Assembly (NCBI GenBank): GCA_951406725.2
Contig: OX597837.1
Location: forward strand, 36,208,001-36,272,000
DNA: 64,000 bases
Reading direction: 5' to 3'
Origin: Octopus vulgaris
Taxonomy: Eukaryota
Below the pieces are notes generated by a model, which made no database searches, was not told where the DNA came from, and saw nothing but the letters and a program-made list of their open reading frames with translations. This document shows, piece by piece, positions 42,505-56,864 of the stretch (positions are counted from its first letter, which is position 1; each line of letters begins with the position of its first letter). A program made the position numbers and the translations under genes.

Positions 42505-43573
42505 CGGGGTAGGCGGAAGAAGAGAAAAAGGAAGGGGAAGAGAAGAAACAGAAGAAACGGAGGAAGAAGGGGAGGGGGAGGAGGAGGGAGGAGGGAGGAG
42601 GAGGAAGGGAGAGAAAGAGAAAGAGAAAAAGGAAGTGGAAGAGAAGAAACAGAAGAAACAGAGGAAGAAGGGGAGGGGAGGAAGAGGGAGGAGGGAGGAG
42701 GAAGAAGGGAGAGAAAGAGAAAGAGAAAAAGGAAGAAGAAGAAGAAGAAGAAGAAGAAGAAGGATTGCAATAGCAACACGTACAACAACAGCAACATGAA
42801 AAACAACAATATCAACAACAAAAGTAACAAAATAAAAAAAATATCAACAATGAATAATACAAAAAAACACAAAACAAAAATAGAATTTTCCCCTAAGCAT
42901 CAACATTTAATTTTAGGGAAAACTGATTTTCAATTTCTTGCGATTATCTCCCCTTTTCCTTTTTAGCCGCTAGGGAACTATTTCTTGTGTTTAACAAAAA
43001 GGTAGATTTGAATTCATTAACATATTTTTTTTCTTTTTTTGCTTTTTTGGTTTTTGCATACATCCTTTAGTACATCAGCACCTACTTGAATCATCGGAAT
43101 TCATGCCATTAGCCTATTTGAGTTATTTTCCTTTGCTTTCTTTTTCAAATTATGTAAATCGTAGAGAGCAAAAATTGAACAACAAGGGGAAGTTTGGGCG
43201 CAGCCGTCCGGTTTGGCGCTGGTTTTCTGGCGTGGCTGATTCGGCGCTGAATGATCTGACATCAAACGTTCTAATGTTTCTCTTGCTTTTTCCCTCGCTC
43301 TCTCCCTCCCCTCCTCCCTCTCCTCTTTCCCCTCCTTCTCTTTCCTCACCCTTATTCTCTCATTTTCTTTACCTGTATGTAAAATGTCTTGGGATTGATT
43401 TCTTCGAGGTGGTGCCCCAGTATGGTCGCAGTGTAGAGACTGAAATAAATAGAAGATAGAAGATACACACACACAAAAGAACATGATTAAGCTGGTAAGT
43501 GCAAAGCAAGATGGGCAAAATTATGCTCGAATAGCAAATGTAGAGAAATATATTTAAAAAAGCTTCACAAATT

Positions 43574-43685
43574 GTTGCACGGAGTTTCACGAAATCGCTC
43601 ATCAGGCAATCGTGATGAAAGCATGACCTCAGTTGTATCATGAGCGGTCGTGTGAAACAGTTTGTGACCGCTCATCAGACAGTTG
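43574..43685 (-). ncRNA. Two tandem hammerhead-like motifs
   Basis: Minus strand CTGATGA-GCGGTC..GACCGC-tcatGATAC..GTC, then TTGC-CTGATGA-GCG(attt)CGT-GAAAC-tcc-GT-GCAA. The second lacks the cleavage-site nucleotide. Confidence 0.5.
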
Positions 43686-44154
43686 AGATAACAGTCTGTG
43701 AAGATTGTTTCCGCGGCGCGTTTGAATGTGTGTGTATCAGCGTGTGTGCGTGTGTGCGTTTGTGTATGTGTGTGTTTGTGTATGTGTGTTTGTGTGTGTA
43801 TGTGGTTTTATGTGTGTGTGTGCGTGTGTGTGTGTGCGTGTGTGTGTGCGTGTGTGTGTGTGCGTGTGTGTGTTTGTATGTGTGTGTGTTCGTGTGTGTG
43901 TTCGTGTGTGTGTGTGTGCCTGTTTGTGTGTGTGTGTTTGTGTGTGTGTGTGCGTGTGTGTTTTGTATGTGTGTGTGTTTGTATGCGTGTGTGTTTGTGT
44001 GTGTGCGTGTGTGTGTGTCCGTTTGTGTGTGTGCGTGTGTGTGTGTCCGTTTGTGTGTTTGTGTGTGTGTGCGTGTGCATGTTTGTGTGTGTGTGTGTAC
44101 GTGTGTGTGTACGTGTGTGTGTGTGTGTATATGTGTATGCGTTTGTGGTTGCGC

Positions 44155-44600
44155 TTGTCCCGCACCATCGCCTAAAAACTGATGTTGGTCTGTCTACACC
44201 CTTGTGACCTAGCGGTTCGACCAAAAGCACCGAAAGAATATGTTCCAGACTATATAAATTAATACTGGCGTTTAACTTGTTTTTATTAAACCCTTCCAGG
44301 CGGTGCCGCAGCATGGCCACACTCTAACACCTGAAACAAGTAAAGGATATAATAATCAAATAAAAAATAACATGGCTATGTGTATTCTTACTTTTTTATT
44401 CTTTTATTTGTTTCCGTCGTTTGACTGCGGCCGCGCTGGAGCAACACCTCGAAGGGTTTTAGTCGAAGAAAGCGACCCGAGCACTTATTCTTTGTAAGCC
44501 TAGTACTTATTCTCTCGTTCTCTTTTGCCGAACCGCTTAGTTGCGATGACATAAACACACCAGCATCGGTTGTCAAGCCATTGCGGGGTGTCACACACAT
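44155..44600. mobile_element. Two SINE family A 3' halves, tail to tail (+ 44155-44345, - 44405-44600)
   Basis: Both match the family A tail in opposite orientations. Confidence 0.75.
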
Positions 44601-45038
44601 ACAATGTATATATAATCGGGGTCGATTCAATAAGTACCAGTTACGCAATGGGGTCGATGTAATGGACTTAATCTATTTGTCTGTCCTTGTTTGTCCCCTC
44701 TATGTTTAGCCCCCTGCGGGCACAAAAGAAATATATATACATATATATATATATATATTAATAAATATATATATATATATATATTAATAAATAAAATAAA
44801 ACATATGCATATATATATATACATATATGTACGTACCTACCTCTACATGTACATATACACGCATATATGAGTACAGGACACCAAAAGGACGTCGAACACA
44901 ATGAGAAACGAAAACATAGACACAAACCAAAGGAACTGGACATTTCTTTTTTTTTTAAACAGCAAAAAAATAGAGTACAGGACAATTAACACAAAGAACA
45001 AACCCCTTCTTCAGTCGCTAAAGGTTTCATCTATCGAA

Positions 45039-45127
<89 letters not shown>

Positions 45128-45277
45128 CATATATTATATAAAAGGGCTTAGTAAAATAAATTACTTTGCCGCATACTGAACTCATTAGAAATAGCAGCTA
45201 AAAAAACTTTTTTAAAACTATTTCCAATACTTAAAGAAAACCTCTCTCATATAGTGTTTGCTCAATTCAACTCACGA

Positions 45278-45698
<421 letters not shown>

Positions 45699-45705
45699 TA
45701 TATAT

Positions 45706-45868
45706 ACGACAAGCTTCTTTCAGTTTCCGTCTACCAAATCCACTCAAGTCTTTGCTCGGCCCGAGGCTATAGTTGAAAACACTTGGCTAAGGTGCCACGC
45801 AGTGGGACTGAACCCGGAACCACGTGGATGGGAAGCAAACTTCTTACCACACAACCACGCCGGCGCCC
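45706..45868 (-). mobile_element. SINE family A 5' half
   Basis: cttctttcagtttccgtctaccaaatccactc...gtgggactgaacccggaacc. Confidence 0.8.
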
Positions 45869-46973
45869 GTATGTGTATGTATATATGTACATGGATGTGT
45901 GTGTGTAAGTATGTGCGTGTGTGAGGAAAGAAGCAGAGCGAGAGTGTGTGTGTGTGTGTGTATGTGTGTGTATGTGTGTTATATATGCCTGACGGTTGCT
46001 CTATTGGCTAACAAATTATCGATTATTTTGCTGAAAAATATCAAAGCAGCAGTTGTCGAGATCAAAGTGCAAAATATTCCTCCATATTTACCAACAAACC
46101 TCCTCTGCCAATCTCGTCCTTTTTTTCCCTCCTTAAACGCCATTTTATATTTCTGTCCGTCTGCTTTTCATTTTGGCTTTTTAACCCTAAAGCACTTTTT
46201 TTATGCGTTTTTTTTTTGTGTATTTTGTGGTTTGTGTGTATGCTTGTGTTTGTCTGTGTGTGCGTGTGTGTAGGGATGTTTGTCAGATTGTGTGTGTATC
46301 AGCGTGTGTGTGTATGTGTGTGTGTGTTTGTGTGTGCGTCAGTGTGTACGTGTAGGTATATGTTTGTGTGTGTGTGTGTGTGTGTAAATCAGGGTGCGTA
46401 TATGTAGGTGTGTGTTAGTGTGTACGTCTGTCAATGTGTGTAGGTCTGTGTGTCTGTCATTGTGCATGTGTATCAGTGTGTGTGTGTGTGTGTGTATCAG
46501 TATTCACATGTGTAAGTGTGTGTCAGAGTATGTGTTTTCAGTGTATGTGTGTGTAGATGTGTGTCTATGTGTGTGCATGTGTGTGTGATTGTGTGTGTGC
46601 ATGTGTGTGTTTGTATGTGTGTGTGTATGCTTGTGTGTGCACCATTACTTGCAGTTGTTTTCGATGTTGTTGTTGTTCTTGTTGTAGCAGGTGTTGCAGT
46701 TGCAGTAGTTAGAGTGAATACTCTTTTCTTCTCTCGGCACAAGGCCCGAAATTTCGGGGGATGGGGGCCCCTGTCGATTAGATCGAACCCAGCACGCAAC
46801 TGGTACTTAATCTATCGATACCCGAAAGGATGAATGGCAAAATCGACATCGGCGGAATTTGAACTCAGAACGCAAAAGTTAGAATGGATATTGCTTGTGT
46901 TATGGTTGCAGTAGTAAGAATAGCAGTGACGGTGGTGGTGGTGGTGGTGGTGGTGGTGGAGATAGTTGTTGTT

Positions 46974-47034
<61 letters not shown>

Positions 47035-47036
47035 TG

Positions 47037-47105
<69 letters not shown>

Positions 47106-48809
47106 AAAATAGTAGTAGTAGTAGTATCAGCAACAGTAATAGCAGTGGTGAGCGTCGTCATCATCTTCATCTGCATCCCCATCTCCCTCATCATCTTCGT
47201 CAAAATCATCATCATCACCAGCATCTTCGTCAAATACCATCCTCCTCTTCATCGTCATCATCACCGTCCTAATCATCTTGGTCATCATTATCATCATTAC
47301 AATAATCAATCTTTTGCTATTGTTTTTTTTTTACCGCTTTTATTTATTATTATTGTATGTTATTTCTATTGTTTTTGTTGTTGTCAGCATTTTCTTCTTT
47401 TTGTTGTTGTTGTTTTTTTCTTGGTTCCACACCCACCACCCAACCCTCGCCTACTCTTCTTTCATAACAATTTGTACTCACTAAATTCTTCTGCATCTTC
47501 TTCTCTCCTCCTCCTCCTCCATCTTCTTCTTCTTCTTCTTCTTCTTCTTCTTCTTCTTCTTCTTCTTCTTCTTCTTCTTCTTCACCTTCTTCTTCTTCTT
47601 CTTCTTCTTCTTCTTCTTTTTCTTCTTCTTCTTCTTCTTCTTTTTTTCTTCTTCTTCATCTCCATCTTTTTTAGCATTGTTTTTCTTTTCTTTTCTTCTT
47701 CTTCTTCTTCTTCTTCTTCTTCTTCTTCTTCTTCTTCTTCTTCTTCTTCTTCTCCTCCTCCATCTTGTTTCTTCATCTTTTTCTTTTTTTTCTTCTCCTT
47801 CTTCTTCTTCCCCACCTCCTCCTCCTCCTTATCCATGTTGCTTCTTCATCTGTTTTCTTTTCTCCTTCCTCTTCTTCTCCTTCCTCTTCTTCTTCCTCCT
47901 CCTCTTCTCTTCCTCACCTCCTCACCTCCCCCTTCATCATTATCCATATTTTTTCTTGCTTCTTCACCGCTTCCTCCTCCTTGCCCCTCTTCCTTCTTCT
48001 TCACCGTCTCCTCCTCCTCCTCCTCCTTCACCCTCTCCTTCTTCCCCCCCCCCATCCTTATTAACTATTCCCTTTCTGCCAAACCTTTCTCCTTCTCCTA
48101 ATCTTGGCAATATCTCTTCATCCTAACGTCTGCAATTTTTAGATTCTTTCGACACGTCGGCCAATTTTTCGCCTTAACTTTTTGCTGGGTCAAAGTTCAA
48201 CTAGGTATTTCTAATAAGATTATTATAATTCAAGGGTCAAGTTCATATTTTTTAGCTACCACCACCACCACCACCACCACCAACACCACCACCTTCACCA
48301 ACCCTGCCTGTTCGTCCTTCATTTTCTTGATCACCATCGCTGCTTTTTCACCATCATCACCACCAGCAACAACCACCAGCACTACCAGCACCACCATCAC
48401 CACCATCACCATCACCACCGCCATCCACTACCAGCATCACTGCTAACATCATCATCATCATCATCACGATTACTATCACTACTACCACGGTCGCCATCAT
48501 GACCATCACCCGATCATCATCATCATTATCATCATCGTCATCATCATTATCGTTCACCATCAGTATCATCATAATCATCACCATTATCGTAGTAATCACC
48601 ACCACCACCATCATCATCATCATCATTATATTCGTGATCGTCGTCGTCATCTTCGCCATCATTGTCGTTATCATCACCATGACTATCTTCATCATCATCA
48701 TCATCATCCGCCTCCTCATCACCATCATCATCATCTTCCTCATCAACCTCATCCTATCCTTATCATCCTCACCCTCATCCTCATCATCCTCATCTTCCTC
48801 ATTACCATT

Positions 48810-48856
<47 letters not shown>

Positions 48857-49179
48857 TATCATCATCATCATCATCATCATCATCTTCGTCGTCGTCGTTG
48901 TCATCGTTATCATCATCATCATCATCTCTTTTCGTCCAGAAGGAAACTATCAATATTTTGGTACTTTTTTCTTGTTTTTATTTTGCTTTTTGTCTTTTTT
49001 TTTGTTTTTGTTGTTTATTTTTGTATTTGTTTTATCTGTTTTGTCTTTTGTTTTTGCGTCAGAATTTCTTTGTTTCTGCCAAAATCTTTGACCCACTTCC
49101 AACTTTAGGAATTCCAAATTCCAAATATATTCTGGTTTATCACAGAGATTGCTGTGTGCATGAAGAGGGGGGGAGTAAG

Positions 49180-50380
49180 ACATGATAAGAGAAATGATAA
49201 GAGTGAAGAGGAGGTGGAGATGAGTGAGGGGAGAGAGAAATGTTGAGAGAGAAAGAGACACAGAGAGAGAGAAAGACAGAGAGAAGGGGAGAGAGAGATA
49301 GAAAATTATGAGAGAGGTGGATGAGGGAGAAAGGGATAGCCGAGAAAGATGGTGAGCGAGAGAGTTAAGAAAATAGAGAGAGAGAGATGGAAGGTGATGA
49401 GAGGTAAAGAAATGATGAGAGAGAAAGAGATAGAAAGACAGAGAGAAGGGGAGAGAGTGAGATGGTGAGAGAGAGAGAGTTAAGAAAATAATGAGAGAGA
49501 GAAAGAGAGATAGCAGATGGTGAGAGGTAAAGAAATGATGAGAGAGAGAGAGAAAATGATGAGAGAAGTGGATGAGGGAGAAAGGGAGAGACGAGAGAGA
49601 TGGTGAGAGGGAGAGAGAGAGTTGAGAAAATAGTGAGAGAGAGAAAGAGAGATAGAGGATGAGAGAGAGATGATGATGAGAGGTAAAGAAATGATGTGAG
49701 AGAGGGAGAGAGAAAGAAAGATAGGAAGAAGGAGAGAGATAGAAGATGATGAGGGAGATGATGATGTGAAGTAGAGAAATGATGAGAGGTGAAGTGATGG
49801 GAGAGAAAGGGAGAGGCGAGAGAAAGATGGTGCAAGAGAGAGAGGGAGAGAGAGAGAGAAATAGAAACAGAGAGAAGGAGAGAGAGAAAATGATGAAGGA
49901 GAATAATGATGTAAGGTAAAGAAATGATGAGAGAGAGAGAGGCGGATGAGAGAGGAAGAGAGAGAAAGAGAGAGAGATGGTGAGAGAGACGAGAGAGAGC
50001 TGGTGAGAGAGAAAGAGAGAGATGGAGGGGTGCGATGAGAATGATAATGATAAGAGAGGAAGAGAAAGCGACGGAAACGATGAGAGAAGGATCGATGAGA
50101 TCGTGAAGAAGAAACGAAAGATGTTCGAGAGAGAAAGAGAGATGAGAGATTGAGGAGGAGAGAAAGAAAGAGAACGAGAGATTGGAAAGAGATTGCGTAT
50201 TAAGAGGGAAAGAAGAGGAAAAGAAAATAGAGAGAGAGAGAGTGGAAAATTATGGGAGACGTCAAGAAAAATGGGCGAACGGGGGACCACGAAAGAGAGG
50301 GAGAGACAGAGAGAGGAATGGAGAGAAAGAATGAAAAAGGCAAAATGGGGGAAAAAGAAAGAGTGAAGAATTAGAGTGAA
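49180..50380 (+). repeat. GA-rich degenerate minisatellite / low-complexity region
   Basis: Recurring gagaggtaaagaaatgatgagagag and gagaaagagagatag units. Confidence 0.8.
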
Positions 50381-50603
50381 AAAGAATGTGGGGCCCCAGC
50401 GGAGGTGGGTAAGACAGAATTTGAACATTAAGTTTTCAGGAGAAAATTGCTGGAAGTTAACAATGGAATAAAAAAAAGTTGAAGTTTCCATCTTGCGAAT
50501 CTGATTTTCGAGGTTTGATGATGTCAAGAAAAGACAAAATTAAGAAGAAAAAGACAAAATTAAGAATAAAAATATTGAAGTAGGACAAAGTTGGGACCTT
50601 GAT

Positions 50604-51062
50604 ACAAGATTCTCAGTGATTTTTTTTTTATCTATGGACCCCTTTTATTACAATTTTATTCTAGTGGAGTCCCATAGCCATTCGACTTCCATAGCCAAAC
50701 TAGTTTTATAGAAACTTCTTTCAAAATCCCTATTTTCTTCTTCAAACATTCACTTGTGTAGGTTGAACTGTAAAATGTTTAGAGAAAGAAACCCAGCTGC
50801 TTCTTTGCAATAGATACCATTTCATACATCTAAAGCAGGATTTCTCAACTATTATCTATCTATGGACCCCTTTGATTACTATTTTTTTCCGGTAGACACC
50901 TGTAGTCATTCGATGTTTAAAAACTAGTCTTATAGACACTTCTTTCAAAATCCCTATTTTGTTTTCCGCACATTCCCTTGTGTAGGTTGAACTGTGTAAA
51001 ATGTTAGAGAAAGAAACCGAGCTGGTTCTTTGCATCTCACACCAATTCATGCATTAAAAGCA
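50604..51062 (+). repeat. Diverged tandem duplication (~232 bp x2) of a hAT-like MITE end
   Basis: Units at ~50604 and ~50837 share tatctatggacccctt...cttctttcaaaatccctatttt...ttgtgtaggttgaactgt...agagaaagaaacc. The unit starts caggatttctcaac, resembling hAT/Charlie TIRs. Confidence 0.6.
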
Positions 51063-51171
51063 AAAGGTTTTTCAAGGGCCCTTAGTTATCAGTGTATGTG
51101 CAGATTATTTACTTTTTAATTTGTAGATTTGGGTATGAGATTTGGGTATCATTTGTGTATGAGACGAAAAT

Positions 51172-51560
51172 TTGGGTATGAGACGCTTGTCTGCCAAGTT
51201 TGTGCTAAAACTGCTTTCAGCTGGCCAAAAAGACACTTGCGTTTCAGCTGCTCAAGATCTCTCTGATTGTGTCAAGAACTACGAAAACTTTATGAAAACT
51301 TTGCGTAGGCCTCTGAGCAGGTATCGCCAAGCTTTTGGCAAAATTTGATGCAGATTCTCTGCTCAACTTTCTCTGTCATGGTCAATGCGCCGATCACACG
51401 CTACACACCTTCCTTCCAAGCACTGCTGTAAACAGCGGAAAGGGCTAGAACGTTAAAACTTAGTGCGCATACAGAGCAGAGTTCAACGTCAATCTGTTCC
51501 AAGCGGCTTTACTCTGCGTGTTTTAGCTTCGTTACTCTAGCAACAGTCCGGATACTTACT
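51172..51560. mobile_element. Rearranged mariner relic: plus-strand internal transposase piece joined to a minus-strand 5' end
   Basis: 51172-51303 (+) reads LGMRRLSAKFVLKLLSAGQKDTCVSAAQDLSDCVKNYENFMKTL (WVPHEL-equivalent region). 51304-51379 (-) reads MTEKVEQRICIKFCQKLGDTCSEAY (mariner N-terminus), with its leader extending to ~51560. Confidence 0.8.
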
Positions 51561-52587
51561 GTTCATGTGAGTGTGTGTGTGTGTGTGTGTCTGCACGCGT
51601 GTATATATATACAACCGACGGAGTGCCCCGACGACAATATTGATCTCTAACTATAGATTATTGTGTGAATTATTTCATTTTAAACTCATTTTTGTGTTAT
51701 CCTAGATTAAGTAAGCACAAAGCCAACTCTTTTATAATGTTATCCTAAGTTAACTAACGACATTTTTAGTGTTAACGCAAGTCATATAAGAACATTTCTA
51801 ACTGGTTTCTAATGATATCCTTGGTTAACTTCACATATCTAACTGTCCTATTGAGGTATTATACTAAGTTAACTAACAGCATGTTCCATTATGCAAGCGT
51901 CGGAAACTACGTCCACTACTTCCGGTTGGCCACATCCGTTCGGCGGACATTTTTCTATATATGATGTTGTATAAACAGAAAACAAAAAACTTAGTTTTCT
52001 TGATCTATTTTGGTTAACAAATAATAAATTGCCGTATCTAGAAACAAATGTCTCATTTTAGCTGCGTTCTCAAATGAATAAAATTTATTTTTATAATAAC
52101 AAAAAACTAAAAGAAAAGTGAAATCCTTTTATCTGGTCAAAACAACAAAAAATGGAAGTTTATCCAGCTGCGATATTTTTAAAATAGTAAATATATTATT
52201 TACTTTCCTAAATGAATAAAGCAACAGAGACCATCATTTCAAATACGGTCGCAATGTAAGTTAGACGAATAATCGATACTTATAAAAGGAAACGGGAGAC
52301 AAAGGCTGTTTATTTGTCCGTTGATGAAAGGAGGTAAACTGGACGGTTCCACATTTCCCCTAAAGCCATGATTGTTCGTATTGGCGCTGAAAGATCTAGA
52401 AATCTTTTAACCCTTCACAGCTCACCGCGTGAAACATGGCTCGTAAAGCTTTTTTTTTGCATTACCTAAATGTGTAGAGATTGGCTCTACACATTATGAC
52501 TAATGTTTTTAAAATGTTTTCTTGGTTTTATGAGGTGAATTAAATTTTATATCTATCTTTGCAAGTGTAGTCTCTTTTATCTAATAT

Positions 52588-52780
52588 CTTTTACTTGTTT
52601 CGGTCATTAGCCGGCGACCATGCTGGGGCACCACTTTGAAAAGATTTTAGCTGAACGAATCGCCCACCAGGACATATTCTTTTAAGCATGGTACTTAATT
52701 TATCTGTCTCTTTTGACGAACCGTTAAGTTACGGGGGAGCGTAAACAAACCAATACCAGCGACTGTGGGAACAAACACAG

Positions 52781-52811
<31 letters not shown>

Positions 52812-53359
52812 CTAATACATGCACACACTACTACACACATACTAATACATACACACAAATACACACAGACTAATACACACACACTAATACACACATACTA
52901 ATACATACACACACTACTACACACATACTAATACATACACACAAATACACACACACTAATACACACACACTAATACACACACACTAATACACAGACACAC
53001 TAATACACACACACTAATACATACACACAAATACACATACTAATACACACATACTAATACATACACACAAATACACACATACTAATATGCACACACAAAT
53101 ACACACACTAATACATACATACTAATACATACACACAAATACACACACACTAATACATACATACACACTAATACACACATACACATACACGATAAGGTTT
53201 CTGCCAGTTTGCGTCTACCAAGTCCACTTAGAAGTCCTTGATTCGCCGCAGGCTAAAGTAGAAACAGGTGACACTTGCCCAATGTGCCACACGGTCGGAC
53301 TGAACCCGTAGCCATGTGGATGGGAAGCAAAGATCTTACCACACAGCCACGCCTGCGCC
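52588..53359 (-). mobile_element. SINE family A, old copy whose internal microsatellite has become a (CACACACTAATA)n minisatellite
   Basis: Tail at 52588-52780 and head at ~53190-53359 flank ~390 bp of an ~12-nt unit array. Confidence 0.85.
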
Positions 53360-53419
53360 TATGTTTAACTATTTTGAGCTTGGTTTTTAATTTCCAAAGA
53401 AAGACATCTACCTCTCTTT

Positions 53420-53750
<331 letters not shown>

Positions 53751-55107
53751 AGCCACGAACACATCGAGCAGGTCGGCGAGACACTGAAAAACTACGAAGC
53801 GGTGACAGGAGCGAAAATCAACCGGGAAAAGTCAGTGGGCTTGCGACTAGGCACCTGGAGAAGCAAGCCCATGCCGTCCACCAGCGCCTCCGTCGTGGGA
53901 CGCTGGACCGACGGCCCGGTTGGAGTTGCTCGGGGTCTGGTTTGGTCCGGACCTCCAAGTGGAGAAGAACTGGAACGAGATAACGAGTAGGGTGGTCACT
54001 CTCGCCCGGCAATGGGCCGAGAGGAAACTGTCCCTAAAAGGTGGGGCGGAGGTGGCGAACACGTACATCGCGTCCGTCATCTACTACCGCCTGACCGTCG
54101 TACCTTGTCCCGACCCTACCATCACCAAACTACAACGCATTCTCTTTCGCTTCTTGTGGAAAGGATGCGTCCCGATGGTCAGGCGATCCATTTGCTGTCA
54201 ACACCCGCTAAAAGGAGGGCTGGGCATGCCGTGGTTGATGATGCGCAGACACGCGCTGAGACTGCGACATCTCTGGCTCTATGTAGACGACGGTGAACAG
54301 GTGTGGTCGCCGTTTGTGAGGCACGCTTTCCCGCAGCTCGTCTCCATGACCGAACTGCAGTCGTGGATCAAAAAGAGGCCGAGGAAGGGCGATTGGCACC
54401 GCGAGTGTCGCGTTGCTCTCAAGCAACTCTGCCGTCCCGGGTCGACCTTGAGTGACTTCAACACAACCAAAGCATTCTATAGGGGATTAGTGGAGGGGAG
54501 GTACGACGACGAGCTCGGGGCGAACCTGGACGTCGACGAGGAGTACCTGACCCGCCTGTTCAGGACGACTTTCGGGCCAGGGCCCATGGACAACTTCCAG
54601 AGATCCCTGGCCTGGCAGTGCTACCGAGAAGCGCTACCCGTTCGGGATAAGCTCTACAGACACGACTCGAGAAACACGGGGCCGACCTGCCCGAGATGCG
54701 GTCAGAGCGACGAAACCGTTCTGCACGCACTCGTGCAGTGTCCAACAATTTCCGACCTGTGGGCTTATGTCGAACAACTGCTGTCACGTGTGGGACGAGT
54801 CGGTTTATCAGCTGAGTCTATCGTCAATATTGTCACGCCTCCTTCCTTCAAACGTGAAGGAAGAGCTATTTTCATCGTCCTTGTGGCTATGGCGAAAGAA
54901 TGTATCTGGTGGACGCGTCTGAAAGGATTGGAGACAAACACTTTCCTCTCTGGTCAATCTCTCATCAACTTCTTCAAGTACAACTTGAAAAGGAAAGTGA
55001 GAGTAGAGAGGCAAGTTTTGTCTAGCGAATGTTTTAAAAAAAGATGGGTGAATGTAGCAAGGATGGCACGTATGAATGACGAAGCCACCTTGAGCATAAT
55101 CCTATGA
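53751..55107 (+). pseudogene. Tx1-type ORF2 fragment (end of RT, thumb, zf-RVT CCHC), +1 frameshift near 53919-53921
   Basis: Frame 53751-53919 reads SHEHIEQVGETLKNYEAVTGAKINREKSVGLRLGTW...DGPV. It continues in the 395-aa ORF 53920-55107 (ELLGVWFGPDLQVEKNW...CPRCGQSDETVLHALVQC...IIL*). The ORF start is an artefact of the frameshift. Confidence 0.9.
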
Positions 55108-55549
55108 ACCCAGAAATTGAAAACAGAGGGTTACCCACTTGCAAACAAATGTGGTAACATATAACAATATTGACCAAGGTTACCGTGGTCTTTTTCGTAG
55201 GCTTTTTCTTCCCACGGATAAACCTTACTTGCTTTCCCCTTTACACCATATATCATAACACTGTGATACACGATCCCTATTGATCGTTCTTTTTTTTCCT
55301 CTTTTCATTTCTCTTTCCTTTTGTTCCTTTTCCTTTTCTTTTTTTTCTTTTTATTCTTTTTATTTTATTCAATTTTTTTTTTGTTTTTTGTTTTTGTTCT
55401 TTTCTTCCCTTTTACGATCCCTCTTGATCGAAAACCTACGCCACCCCCTTTTTTCTTTTGTTTTTTGTTCTCTTCATCCCCCAAAAGAAAAGCTCTACCT
55501 TGTAACTTGTCCCATCTGTGTGCAGCCCTGTGTGGCCAATAAAGAAACT
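53751..55549 (+). mobile_element. 5'-truncated Tx1-clade (L1 group) non-LTR retrotransposon: 3' part of ORF2 plus 3' UTR
   Basis: Abrupt GC-rich coding-like block between two (CTAT)n arrays. Translation gives late RT motifs (YEAVTGAKINREKS, LLGVWFG, HPLKGGLGMP) and a C-terminal CPRC..H..C finger. T-rich 3' UTR ends AATAAAGAAACT. Confidence 0.92.
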
Positions 55550-55581
55550 TATCTATCTATCTATCTATCTATCTCTCTCTG

Positions 55582-55620
<39 letters not shown>

Positions 55621-55778
55621 ATCTATCTATCTATCTATCTATCTCTCTGTCTCTATCTATCTATCTATCTATCTATCTATGTGTGTGTATGCATGTATGT
55701 ATGTGTGTGTGTCTATGTCTTTGCGGGTGTGTAACCTCTTTCAAGCATACACACACACACACACACACACACTTTTTT

Positions 55779-55903
<125 letters not shown>

Positions 55904-56087
55904 TATATATGTATATGTAAGACCTGGCATAATTAAATTTGGTGTTATTCCAGGAGAGAAATCACGAGAATGAAACTTAAGTCGAATAATTCTAAATTTA
56001 ATCGCGTCAGCTGTTTATGCTTTTGATTGTGTTATGTTCCGCTAATGTATTCGGTATTATATGACCGCGCGGTTTGTTTCAAGGACT

Positions 56088-56184
<97 letters not shown>

Positions 56185-56216
56185 GCTGCTGCTGCTACTA
56201 TGCTGCTACTACTACA

Positions 56217-56254
<38 letters not shown>

Positions 56255-56357
56255 GCAGACATACAAGTATATGTGTGTATACATATATATATATATATAT
56301 ATACATATAGAGAGAGAGAGGGAGGGAGAGAGGGAGAGAGAGAAATAAACAACACGA

Positions 56358-56389
<32 letters not shown>

Positions 56390-56390
56390 G

Positions 56391-56453
<63 letters not shown>

Positions 56454-56864
56454 GAGAAAGAAAGAAAGAAAGAAAGAAAGAAAAAAGAAATGTAGATATT
56501 AGAATGGCTGCAAGTGATGGCAAAAACTTAAGAGGCAAGAAAACAAAAATTTTACCCTTCATCAGCAAGCTTGCTAAGAATTCTGGCAGTTTCGACATAC
56601 CCATAAATAAAAGCATACATACAAACATATATAGATATACATGACAAGCTTCCACACAATTGCCCTCCACCATATTCACTCACAAAACATTGGTTAGTCC
56701 GAGCACAAAATGCCGCACTTCGGGACTGAACTCTAAATCACAAGGCTTCAAAGCGAACTTGCTAACCACATAGCTATTCCTGCACCAGTACAGTCATCAC
56801 GATGTCTTTGTGAAAAACAATATTCTCAAAAATGAAATACATTAAACTCGTTTATAGATCAATT

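Noticed and set aside
41387-42799. 470-aa Glu/Gly-rich ORF (and overlapping poly-K and poly-L ORFs)
   Set aside because: Pure GAA/GGA microsatellite that is open in several frames, with a phase slip and no unique domain.
48950-50527. 525-aa Ser/Leu-rich minus-strand ORF
   Set aside because: Translation of a TC-rich low-complexity tract with no recognisable motif.
56550-56600. Minus-strand GAAA...CTGATGAAG and other lone CUGANGA hits (e.g. 3193, 16695, 36291, 60268)
   Set aside because: Stems I-III cannot be closed, so these are not counted as hammerheads.
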